Assembly (NCBI GenBank): GCA_030141605.1 | Contig: JAQGDQ010000053.1 | Location: 62,001 to 126,000, forward strand | Reading direction: 5' to 3' | Source: Tubiluchus corallicola | Taxonomy: Eukaryota; Animalia; Priapulida | Length of the DNA: 64,000 bases | In this document: positions 52,301-64,000 of the stretch, in pieces | Layout of the letters: the number at the start of each line of letters is the position of its first letter | Numbering within the stretch: the stretch's first letter is position 1 | Program-made: the position numbers and the translations under genes | The notes under the pieces: generated by a model | What the model saw: only the letters and a program-made list of their open reading frames with translations | What the model was told of the DNA's origin: nothing | Database searches by the model: none

Positions 52301-55088
52301 TATTTCATAGTCTAAGTTATATGGTAAGTATTTATTTGTTAACGTACAGTTTTTATCTGTTGTTTCTGTTTTAGTGAAAAAGAGCTGCCAAAGTGGGATG
52401 CAGTTGAAGAAAAAGTATGACATATATTTTCATTAATATCTCCAATTTGTAACTTTACAAGATAGAAAAAATAGCTGTTTCTGTTGCTATTGGCTTCTGT
52501 CAGGTTTGAGAAATAATGAAGAAACAATGAGTGAGATGTGTCATTTGATACATTTCACAGGCAAATGCTGTAAAAAGAAACAGCTAAAAGTATTTCTGTA
52601 TACATTATCAGCACATTCAAAGCAGTAATCTGATTCCCACTGTTATTAGCTGTGGTTACTTTTAGCAATAGATTCATAACTTAGCAAATAGCTCAAGGTT
52701 TGAGTCGAAGTCGTACACTTTTTATGAGTCTGACTATGGCCTAAATACCTCAAAATCCATGACAATTGTTGTTACAGAAAAACTTGTGTTTTTCGACACT
52801 TAATCATGCAAAATTGTCTTTTCTTTTAAAGCTACACTTTTAAAGTTGCAAAATAACTTGTTTTTAATCACTACTGCCGTCACTTCAAAAGGCCTACGCA
52901 CAAAAATGGAAAAATCATTTGGACAAAGTTCATCTTCTGCATGTATCTTGTATATAGCAGAGGTCGCCTTCATTGAAAGTTTGAGGAAAATAGCTAAATA
53001 TAACAGCTTACCAACCAGTTGCATTAACTATAAGCTAAAAATCATATCCATGATAAGCAAGTATATTTAGAAAGAAATTTAGAAATTTAGTATATTTAGA
53101 AATTGTAGCAACGGGGCTTTGGTTGGTCGACAAAATCACTGTACTTGTTATTTTGTGCACATCGTGAAACTACTGCAATAATGTTACAATAAGCACTTAC
53201 ATCTGTGTGTGCGTGTGTGTCTGTACCTTCTCTGTACATACAAGATATAAACATCCAGGATCTGAGAATCAACATGGCATGGCAAGTGAAATCGCCCGGA
53301 GCGAGTATCAAACACAGGTAGTCGAGAGCCATTCACGAGAAGCTTGGGCTTGAGACTGGCACTCAAGGCCATTTTAGATGTGCAAGTTGTTGTTTCATTG
53401 TCACATTGATAGCTTTCTAAAGCATTTCTTGTATTTTTAGCAAAAAAATGTAGAAATAGAGAGAACTACTAAATGGGTAAAGATGACTAAAAACTGGGAC
53501 AAGTATTTTCCAGGCGAAAAGGTAGATCTTCAATTTTTTTCTTGAAGCTGATTTTGCAATCTTTAACTTCAGAAGAGTAAACCCAATTACTCCAGGCATA
53601 AAAATATTTCCATGATTAATCTGTGTAACCATCTGTTGCTGTCCCATTTCTTTCTGTTTTATTTGTTATGGCTGAAATTGTGTGGACATTGTTTCCTAGG
53701 TAACTCGTCGTATATACAAAGGCATTCCTCACGCTCTCCGTGGAGAGATATGGTCACGATTATTGCATCTTGAACGGGTAAAGAATGAACAGAAAGGCAT
53801 TTTTGATGTAAGTAATTGATAAGAAGATGATGAAATGTGTCTTTCTCTACATGAATAGTTTTACGTAGTCAAGTGGTTAATGACTAGTGCGAATATGAAT
53901 TGTTTGTTTTGAATTAATTCTTTAAGTGCGAGTCAATTTTTAGGGCTTTATCCATCCTTACCTGCTGTCACTGCCACCTTGCCCCACCTTGAGTCATCAA
54001 TTCCTCAATTGATGTCATTACTGGTCGCAGTACAATATGATAATCATTGCGTTAGTAACGACTTTTTAGTAGGCATTATTTTGACATGTTTATGCTTTTG
54101 CAGAAAATGTGGGACCGTGCAAAAAAACTTTCTCCAGACATAAAACAAATAGATTTGGATGTAAACAGGACATATAGAAATCATATAATGTTTCGAGAAA
54201 GATATGGCGTAAAGTAAGTGTTACTTTCACATTCGATAGGTTACCAATCCGTAGTAAATTTCAGTACACATTACTGCAAAACATGAATTTAAAAAAATAC
54301 CTATAAATCAATTTTGCCTCTTGACTGCTGTGTTAGTTATTAGCACCTGTGATGAATGCTGGACTTGCTATCAACAAAGCAAGTACCTGTTTCTTTTTGT
54401 TATCAAGTTATGATCAATTTCAATATTTACACATCACCTTTACTAGAAAAATCATTGGGAAAGTGATTGGAAGTCTTGGTTTTCGAAATGTATGTTATTT
54501 ATAAGCCAGCAAAATTTTATTATTCCTGTTCACTGAGAATAGCAAAACCAATCTGCCTTTGTATTAGTGCTCATTAGATAACCAGAGAATTTGAGAATTT
54601 GTACATTTGGTGTGCATCTGCTTGTATTTTGAAGTTGATTCCATGTGCGCTTGGGTAAAAATATCTTAAATACATTGTTAGAACAGTTGACCTAACTGTG
54701 GATCAGCATTTAATACAGTAAATCCTTACTCATTTTTACTATTGATATTCCGTTTATCAATGATTCATTTATCAATAGTGAACTATTTTTCCTTTTGCAG
54801 CCTTTTTGCCTTAGTTTAAGCTGCATAATTTTTTGTTGAGTTGGTGCTCTGTAGTAAAGAATCCATTTCCGATTGCTGAAGTGGTTTATAGGCTGTTAGG
54901 CTATATTACAAACTATCATACTGGCTATAGTGCATAAGCTATAATATGTACACTTTCCTTGTGGAAGCAACAATGCTATAAGGTATATAAGGTAGTAACT
55001 GAACAATTCCGGAGTCCAAACTGCGAAACAGGAAATAAAGTTGATAAAACTGGAAATGAAAAGTAAACTAATTTTAGTTAGTTTAATC

Positions 55089-55139
<51 letters not shown>

Positions 55140-58100
55140 AGGGAGGGAGGGAGGTAGGGAGGCAACTTATTTTTGTTAACTGTAAATTGTAGCAACGGGG
55201 CTTTGGTTGGTCAACAAAATCACTGTACTTGTTATTTTATGCACATCGTGAAAAAGAGAGAGAGAGACAGAGAGAGAGAGAGAGCACCGTAAAAGCCATC
55301 ATGGCTCTTAACTTATTTTTGTTAACTGTAAATTGTAGCAACATCGTGAAACTAGTGCAATAACGTTACGATAAACACTTACATCTTATATTTTAATAAA
55401 TAAATAGCGTATACTTTTAAACAGTAAATTAGTGAAACATTTGTATGAGCTAAGTTTTACTAATTTTCCCCTGGAATGCATCTAAATGCTCTTACATTGT
55501 TTTCTGTGAAAGTCTGGAAGGCATAATTTTATTCAACGAAAATTTGGCTAAAGTCATGTTTGCTTGAATGCATTACCGTTGTTAAAATAAGACTTAGTGA
55601 ACTACATTTTTTAATAGTAAGTTGACTCTTTATGCTGACTCGTTTAATTTTATTGCAGTGTGACTCAAAACTTAAGTATTAGATTTTGTCAGACTTCTTC
55701 AACATGACACACATTTATAATTCTTACTTGTCTTGTTTGCAGGCAACAAGCATTATTTCACGTACTAGCTGCTTACTCCATGTATAATACTGAGGTGGGA
55801 TACTGTCAAGGCATGAGTCAGATTGCAGCTCTATTGCTTATGTATTTGAATGAGGAGGTGAGTTTTCTATGCCATATAAGTAACTGCGTTCAGGTCAGAA
55901 AATCATATTGCAGGTATATGTATTATGTTCAGTATGAGAATTCACAAATAAAATGTTGTTAATCCCACTTTCATGGAAATATATTTTATAAAAATAATTT
56001 TCTATCTAAGAATGCAAACACTTAGGAAGCTTTTCATGAATTTGCACTTTTTTTTACTTTTCAACAGGATGCATTCTGGGCCTTATCTGTGCTGCTAACG
56101 GATAGACGACATGCCATGCATGGTTTTTTTATTCCTGGATTTCCAAAGCTGCTTCGGTTCCAAGAACATCACGACTTAGTATTGAAAAAGCTTCTTCCTA
56201 AACTGAGGAAACATTTTGTAAGGCTTTTAATCACTTTGGAAGTTGTATTTCTGTTTGTTGGCCACAACTACAACTGAGCAAGTCCCTCTATACTGTTTTT
56301 ATATTAGAAAAAAGGAAATGAGAAAAAGTCAGATCTGAATTTCGAATTGAACAAGTGAGCTTTGAATTACATCACATTGTCTCAGTCTTGTGATGACAGG
56401 TTGTGAATCAATGCTGACACCTCACCTGTCTTTACAGTGTTTATTCACTTAGAATGATTAATAACTAGGTTAATTTTTAATTATTCGTCTTAGTTAAATT
56501 CTGTGTTTAGTAAAAAGTGTTTTGTGATGTTACAAACCCACACTTAATGAAATTCTCATACTAAACCTGAAGAACAGGAAATGTGAAAAAATCGGGACAG
56601 AGCCTGGATTTGAATCAAGAATCTTCTGCTTACAAGGCGTATGTCTTGGACCACTAAGCCACTGTATTGCCCAATGATCAAGGCAGTCCAGAGTTCTGAT
56701 CTTATAGCTGGCAAACCTAGTTCAGCATTTCCAACCTTAAATACAATTATGAAGCTCATCAGGTTGAATCAGATCCTCTTCATCTCAAAGTCTGGGTGAT
56801 CTAAGATCATGAGTTTTTAATTCTAGGGACCCTGGTTCGAATTCAGGATCAGTTTCATTTTTTTCACATTTTTAATAATTTATTTTGGATTCATTAGTTA
56901 ATAAATTATAGGTTTAGTCTATTTTGCAGCTAAAATATGCATAAAAGAGCTACAGATCTTTCTAGGCTCAAAATTCATTGTGAAATTACAGTAAATTTAA
57001 TTATTTTTAATCACTTTGGTGTTTTTTTCAGTAGTCCTGAAATTAATGTTATAGCATACCATACCATATAATACAGTCATCTTTTGGGCATTACGCGTAA
57101 TTGATGGTATTATTTTGTAACTACAATTAACGGATAATAAGAATTATAAAAGCAGTACAATACAATTAATAAGAATTATAAAAGCAGTATAATACAATTA
57201 ACGTATGTTTTCAGGATAAACAAGAAGTGTACACGTCTCTTTATACAACAAAATGGTTTTTCCAGTGTTTTCTAGATAGGGTATGTATGATTATATAATA
57301 TTATATGTTTCTCGTACATTGATGTATGTTAGGTAATTGTTTCGGCTCATTTTATTGTTAAGTATATCTTTGTAAGTTGTGGTATTTCTTACAAAGACTA
57401 CATCCTATGTTTCTTATACGTGTTTTTGCCAGTTAATGTAAATGTTAGCTCAAACTAGCTAACAAAGAAAGCAGTTAAATAGAAAATAGATATTGAACAA
57501 TGGATTTTACTTCTTTAATTGAATTTTCTAAATTAGTTGCTCCTATTGCTCTTGTGAATACATAATAATTTTCCAACTTTTGATTTTTGTTTCCTTTGAT
57601 TTCATTTTTTACTGTTTTTGTTTCTTTCTACACTAATTAAAATATTGTTTTGACTTGTAGCGAAGACTCTTAAATTAGTAGTGCAACACACTGGTAAATA
57701 AAAAAATTATTGCAGTCTATTGAAACTCATATTTTAAGTTATCATGTTTTAATCCACATTATGTAGTTATTTTTTAATGGTTTGTGCAAGTGCAGTGACT
57801 GTCTAATTTAATTAGACATGTGCGCCCAATCGCTTATGTATAACATCACAACTTTGGCATGAAAATTTCACAGCTGCTGTACTTAAAGTAGCTCAAATGC
57901 CAAGATTACTGTGAAGTACACACTTTCATTTTCTAAACCTCCTCAATTTTTATTTTTTCTTGAGAAGAAAAACAACCTCAAGTTTTGTAACTCTAGCTCA
58001 AGGAGATCTTGTTTAGCGACAATTCATTCTACTAATGCATCGGTCTGCAAGTAAGGACATCTACATGTAGTTTCATGACCTCCAGTTGAAAACTATGCTT

Positions 58101-61100
58101 TTTTACTTTAGGCCTGCATACTTTGCCGTTATTTGTTTTCATTGATTGATAATGTATTTAAAGTGTTTATTTTACTGTGTGGGTGATCCTAGTATAAAGA
58201 AATAATGAAACAGGAAACAACACTGGCCTTTCTATCATGTATGATATTTAAATGAATTGATAAAAGCAAAACAAATACTTCTTATAATGAGTTACCATCA
58301 TTTTTTACCGACCTCAAGTACAAGTGTCAATACATTTTGTTTCTGTTTTTGCAGGCACCCTTCACACTAACCTTGAGGTTATGGGATATCTATATATTGG
58401 AGGGGGAACGACTTCTAGTGACGACAGCTTATTGCTTTCTTAAGCTACACAGGCGTAAGTATATTTACCGTTATATACTTGTGTACAAGTCGACCTTATG
58501 TACAAGTCGATGTGCATTTTAAGACCAGAAATTGCATCATTTTATATATTACCTGTGTATAAGTCGACCATGAAATATTAAGATCTTCCAGAGTAAATGA
58601 TGTCAACAATGGCCAAGTAATAAATTAACAGCCTACCTGGGCCGAGTATTTTATACCTACCCGATGTATATATATATGTATGTATTCATGTCGAGGGCCC
58701 TCACTCCATGATAATACAGCCTGGCCTTTCATCGCACATAATTGTTTGTAATGCCTTTAACTCTAGGATATCGCGGCCAGGATCTATCGTAACATTTCAG
58801 TCGCTGATTTCTCACTTAAAATTAAAAACCGATACCTGAAACGTCACAGTTTTATTCAGTGACATCATCGGCAATTTCCATATTCTGATCGAGTGCTCCG
58901 TCGCTAGTTTATTTATCGGTAATATATAAATTTTAACTTAATTTCACATACATTAAAATAAATTACAGTAATATTTGTTAATTTTGTGAAGTAATATCAA
59001 GATGCGGGCATTCTCTGATGTGAAATATCACAGTATGAGTGTTCATTCAGTCCAGCTTGTATTGAAGGATTATTTCTTTACATATTCATATTGTAGATGA
59101 CTCTTTAGCGACATCTCCCAAAAACATATCGTAAGTATAAGTCGACCCCAAAAATTTCACATTAAAATCGCCTCCCAAAAATTCGACTTGTACATAAGTA
59201 TATACGGTATTTTAATCTTTAACCATTTCGCATTTAGTTTTTATATAATAAAGACCTTTGTGCTAGATTTTATTTATACTGCAAAAAAAATTTATCGAGC
59301 CTCTCAGGTACTAGATAGGATGGAAAATTTTGGAACACTAAATAGGGTGGAAATGGAACTACAATAGGCGCTACTTAATAGACTAACTTTGGGACTGAAG
59401 TGTTTTGACCCATTTAACCGACTGAACCTAATAACTGATGGGTGTAGTATTACTGGTATAGAAGTATGTGTCACCAGCTTACTATGCACTGCAAAGGTTT
59501 TTATGAATTTTACAAACGAAGTAATGCCTAAATTCCTTTGTGCAGGAAAATTAGAAAAAATATTTTAAGATATTAATTTATATAAGTGAATTAGCAATAA
59601 ATTAAGAAGTATACTTTTCTAAATCACGCAAGTCTGTTTATTCACAAAAGTAATGGAAATACATCCAAGGTCGGCTGATTCATTTTTTGTGACAAGTTGG
59701 GTCAGAAGGTTCTCAAAATGATAAAAACGTTTAAAACTTGTTGCATGATGCACAAATACGTGCTTGAACTGTTGGTGGTCCGTATTTCCCCGCAATAGGC
59801 TTCATCTGTAAGCTCCCACTTGCTATCGTGATGTACTTATTGTACTATACCTGCATCCCTGGCATAATAGCAACAGCAAACTTATTAAACTTTATGGGAA
59901 CGACTGCCAGACTTCAAAAGGAAATCGCTAAGCAAGTGATTAAATGTTTAGGTTCCAGGAATTCTTCGGTAATGAGGTCAATTGCAGTTGCAGTGGACAG
60001 GCCGGTCAAATCAAACCATTAGCCTAGCATATTAGCGTATGATAAACGTTCCTGCTTACACACAAAATACTTAACATGATTGTTTCTATGTATATTATAG
60101 GACACAAGCGAACTAAAGTGACATAAAAGTCATAAAAGCTTATTAGTCACAGGAAAGTGTCTTATTGAAACATGTGAAGCAGAAATATTGAGTCAATTAT
60201 GCGGAGTTATTTGAGTCGATTACCGACAGTTTTTATGTACATTTGAATAGAAGTGGCCCATACCAGACGTTTTTGAGTCAATTAAGCGATTTAGTCTATT
60301 AACCCTGAGTCTGTTAAGCGGAGTCTACTGTATTTTTTTATTGCAAAACTAACAAGATGTTCATAAAGTGCTAACTTGTGTAGATGTAAATACCAACTGC
60401 AGTCATTGTATTTGTACATTTCAAATAAATAAATAGTAGTATTTTTTGGCCAAAACTTGTGCGATTACTGATTGTGTGTTGTAATTGGTGTGAGTTAGTA
60501 GGTTTAATAAGTCTATACATGGGAATAAGTTGCTATTTTCTACAGACTTGTAAGAATTTATTCTATTCTTAAGAACTCGTGCAACCATAAAGAAAATAAA
60601 AATAGAAATTTGTAATATTTATTAAGATATTTATATTTATCTTTTATGGTAGAAGTGTAAGTTCATACGCATCTTCAGTTTTTTGGATTCTAATGCCCTG
60701 AAATCATTTAAACCTGTGCACTAAAGTAATTTTCAAAATACAGCTGTTGTGACTGACCATGTTAAAAAGAAATTTAAATTTAACCAGCTTATAATGTTTC
60801 CTCTTTCTTGTTAATAGAGGTAGCAGCATTAATGCTGCATTATGTATATAATATATTTACCAGCACACTTCATAGTGCCTGAGCCGCCATGCATTGTGCT
60901 GAGTCTCCAATGGAAGCCAGTGTAGTTTTAACTTAAGGTATAGTAACTGGTTCATAAAATTGTCATAAGGAGTCTGAAATTTCACTTGTATTAACAGCAA
61001 AATTTAATAGAGACAGAAATAGGGCACAGTTACACGATATACCTATCCACCAGAAAAGTGTGCAAAACTTTCAGTGATATACTATCATACAAAGTCTTAA

Positions 61101-62748
61101 CAACTCTTTATTATCACTCGTGAAAACTGTTGTCTGGCTGCTGAAATTGTCTCACTAATAAATCCTGAAATTTCTTCCTATGATGTTACTCTCTTCCTGT
61201 GGCATTTTCGCAGCCACTAAAAAATTGGTAATGTGTGGATTAACTAGTGCCCTGATGAACATTATAACATGAGTGAGACATTCTTATAATTTATATTCCA
61301 GGAACACTACAGAAACAGCCGTTTGAGGGAATCATGGATTTTCTGAATAAAGATATTGAGAAAAGTTTTGGATTTGAAGACGACCATGTTATTACTCAAT
61401 TGGAGGTAAGCCGAAATCAAATTTAGTGACTAACTGAACATTTGGATACAATCTGGTTATTGATTTTAGCATTTGAAATGTCGTTATTTTGTTTTCTTTT
61501 CAAGCATATTGTGCCTACCATGTTAATTACTATCACTTATTATTTCTTGCAAATGATTAATAATTTTTTGACATTTACACAGTGTTACTTATATTATTTT
61601 AACGTCATTCTGTCTTTCACATTTATAAATTTGTAGCACGGAATGTTTCTGTAGCACTTTTGCTCATCAGAATGCAACTCCATGCATTTGTACTATTTTC
61701 TTGTAAAAGGCACAGCTTTTTCCTAGAATACTTTAGTGGCTTTACAGACCAATAATATTTCCTTTTTTTGTTTCAGGAATGCATGGCAGAGTTAAGAAGG
61801 AGCAAACTGTTACTACCTCCTCCAGGAAAAACTAATGAATTTCCTCAACGACCATTTGGAATACTGATTAAACAAACAGCCGACCGCATGATTGGTAGAC
61901 GGTCACAAGCTGAACCAAAACCAGTCGAAAAACCAAAAGAAATTATCACTGAAATAGAACGAGCTGTTGGTATTGAAAATGCTAACGAAATTCCATATGC
62001 TGATAATGTAAATGATTCATCCCCAACTTCCCCAAACAACTCTGTATCTCAGCCTAGCATGCCTATTTTACGAGTTAAGGAACCTAAAAGTGCTAAAAGA
62101 GACTCGCATAATTCTGTGAGCGAGGCTGAGTCACGGTACAGTTCAGCATCTAGTACTTATGCTGATGCTCAGTCGCGACACTCAATCGATGATATCACGT
62201 TAACTAAACGTATGTATTACGAAAATAGTGAAGTGATCCGCGAAGAGAAAGACTCGTCACCAACTCGCAGTGAATATGATAATGTTGATTCACATTATAA
62301 CGGAGGTTATTATGCTACTTCATTCCAATCTACACTGCAAGAAGAGGCTAAGTCTGGTAGATATGTTACAACTATAGAAATAAACAGTGACTTTTCTTCC
62401 CATCAATCGAGGTTCAATGCATCAGGTGGACACAATTCAAGTTCAAAACCTGTCACAAAGGCATGTCATTTTGCACAAAGTGATATGCAGAAACAATCCG
62501 ACATGCGTGAAGGTACACCCGATTTCTTTGATGCATTGCATGAATTCAATAATGAGTTTAATTCCTTGTCTGAACATAGTAACTCGCCAACAAAAGGAGC
62601 TAATGTAAGTGACAGTAAGCATCCTATAATGCCCATACACAGAACAAGAACGAATGCGCCGTACAGTAGCAAGCAAACAGCATCAACTGTTTATGGAAAT
62701 GACTATTCTTACCACGATGGTCCTAACATTAGGCAAACGACTTTATAA
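49334..62748 (+). CDS. USP6NL: USP6 N-terminal-like / RN-tre TBC-domain Rab GTPase-activating protein, 13 coding exons, ~667 aa
   Basis: Exons 49334-49337 (ATGG), 49541-49611, 51895-51977, 52375-52414, 53441-53521, 53700-53807, 54104-54213, 55743-55857, 56068-56217, 57215-57280, 58355-58454, 61302-61405, 61777-62748. Motifs [38 protein letters not shown], arginine finger [10 protein letters not shown], glutamine finger [33 protein letters not shown]; long Ser/Pro-rich tail. Confidence 0.94.
50240..51840. mobile_element. Non-autonomous DNA transposon with long (several hundred bp) degenerate inverted arms
   Basis: 50310-50480 (TTAAAAGCTCCTTCAGTATTATCCCATTTAGGATTTCAAGGTGGCTGC) is the inverse of 51630-51785 (GCAGCCATCTTGGAATTCCAATTGGGATGATATTACAGGAGCTTTTAA); also AAATCTAAGATGGCAGC vs GCAGCCATTTTAGATTT. 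Confidence 0.75.
53100..53225 (+). repeat. Short microsatellite-associated repeat, also at 55165-55385
   Basis: AATTGTAGCAACGGGGCTTTGGTTGGTC(G/A)ACAAAATCACTGTACTTGTTATTTT(G/A)TGCACATCGTGAAA near-identical at 53101 and 55185. Confidence 0.85.
55092..55385 (+). repeat. (GA)n/(GGGA)n microsatellites with two partial copies of the 53100 repeat
   Basis: Direct reading; ACTTATTTTTGTTAACTGTAAATTGTAGCAAC occurs at 55165 and 55311. Confidence 0.85.
56579..56871. mobile_element. Back-to-back pair of tRNA-like heads (SINE-like element) in a USP6NL intron
   Basis: Minus strand ~56672-56581: A box TGGCTTAGTGG, B-box-like GATTCAAATCC, then TTTTTTCACATTT. Plus strand ~56790-56871: B box GGTTCGAATTC, then TTTTTTTCACATTT. 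Confidence 0.6.
58468..59207. mobile_element. Tc1/mariner-pogo-type MITE with TA TSD
   Basis: TA|CCGTTATATACTTGTGTACAAGTCGA ... TCGACTTGTACATAAGTATATACGG|TA; internal reiterated TA(C/T)AAGTCGAC motifs. Confidence 0.85.
59362..60330. mobile_element. Degenerate pogo/Tigger-like MITE
   Basis: Right end AGTCTGTTAAGCGGAGTCTACTG|TA is an imperfect inverse of left TA|CAATAGGCGCTACTTAATAGACT; subterminal GAGTCAATTAAGCG-like repeats. Confidence 0.55.
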
Positions 62749-64000
62749 ATAGTAACTGTGATTGCTGTGACAGGCCATGCACATAATCATGGCAACAATT
62801 TAACATTGAACATTATTGCTAAAAAGCAATTAACTTAACCATTCCATTAGAGCTAGTGTATGTGAAACTGTCAGGCTAAGCTCTTGCTGCTAATTGTGCA
62901 AGTTGTATGATCTGTTGAGATTTTGTTTGATAAATTTGGTGCAAGCAACAATATGTTTTACAGTCCCACAGGCTATAGCAAATTGATATTAGGCAATCCA
63001 GAGCCAGATTAAGGCATATGTAATCTAGGGTTTAGCAAAAGAGCGAGTTTCATGTGATTAATGTATTTTTTAAGTAGTTCCATGAAAGTAATAACAGTAA
63101 TAACAGGTAATTACATAAATGGAAAACTTGTTGATTACACTGTCACAGTCTTACCTCTGGGTCTGAGAAATATTGTTTATAAACATTCGCGCATTTTTAA
63201 AAGCTTTGTACAGGCAAATATTACTGTGATTTTTTTATTTATGTATTGTAATTTTTTATTTGTTGCAGAACTGTTCATGCTATAGTAAAATTTATTTTTA
63301 CAGTTGCTGGTTTTTCATTTTGTTATAACCCGTGCTAGTTACCCGAGCGTTGCAGCATAAAGACATTTTCCAAGAGAAATAATTAGGCACATTAGTAAAT
63401 TGCTAGTACCCTATCTCTTTTTTCTGTTTATTTGCACTACTTTGAATGTAAGTAATAATACAGGTGTTGGTGCTTAGAAGTTGCTAATTTTGCAGCAAAA
63501 AGCTTAAATATTTGTAAATAATATTTAATTTTGTTCATACAGAAATCATTCAAGTTTTGTAAATGTTGCACTCTTTCTGATGTGTTAAGACATGGAGCTC
63601 TTACTCAGTTAAACCCAAGTAAAAATTTAATGGATTCATAAGAATTTTTTCTGTTCAGTTATGCTGAATCACTAATCAATAACTTGATAATAGATTTTAT
63701 GTTCACGAACTGATAGCCATAATTATGGTTGAAATGATTACATGTCACATTCACATAGCCATGTGCACTTCATTCTAAGGTGACTGCTTGATTTTCCTGT
63801 TGTAGCTCAATTCCCCTCTGAACTCTAATCTTAATTCCAATCATTATAAAAATGTGTAACGTTAAAAGTGTGAGGTAATTGTAAATAATTGTTGCTTGTT
63901 TCTCTAGATTATGATATTTAACAGCAATATATGTTTATCTGAAATTGAGTTATTTGTTTATTGTCCACACTACATAGTATAAGATTCCCTAGGCAACTTT

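Noticed and set aside
56581-56672. Functional tRNA gene
   Set aside because: Acceptor and anticodon stems do not pair properly; treated as a tRNA-derived repeat.
61845-62676. Overlapping antisense and alternate-frame ORFs in the last USP6NL exon
   Set aside because: Shadow ORFs of a real coding exon.

Overview
AT-rich, intron-rich eukaryotic (invertebrate metazoan-like) genomic DNA, not prokaryotic; most ORF-track entries are spurious or single exons. Hand-splicing at GT/AG boundaries gives four genes with continuous reading frames: (1) a secreted, very acidic five-domain Kazal-type protein (minus, ~2.1-9.5 kb, ~306 aa); (2) a TCP11-like protein (minus, 11.9-20.7 kb, ~544 aa); (3) a DEPDC7-like DEP + RhoGAP-like protein (plus, 24.8-33.4 kb, ~591 aa), head-to-head with the TCP11-like gene; (4) a USP6NL/RN-tre-like TBC Rab-GAP (plus, 49.3-62.7 kb, ~667 aa). 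Introns and intergenic DNA hold decayed LINEs, MITEs and microsatellites. Most worth follow-up: the poly-Asp multi-Kazal protein with atypical reactive loops, the TCP11L-DEPDC7 linkage also seen in human, a candidate minimal type-I hammerhead ribozyme at ~23.96 kb, a back-to-back tRNA-like element at ~56.6-56.9 kb, and a probable GC-AG intron. All gene models are manual and need transcript confirmation; the species cannot be determined from the sequence.
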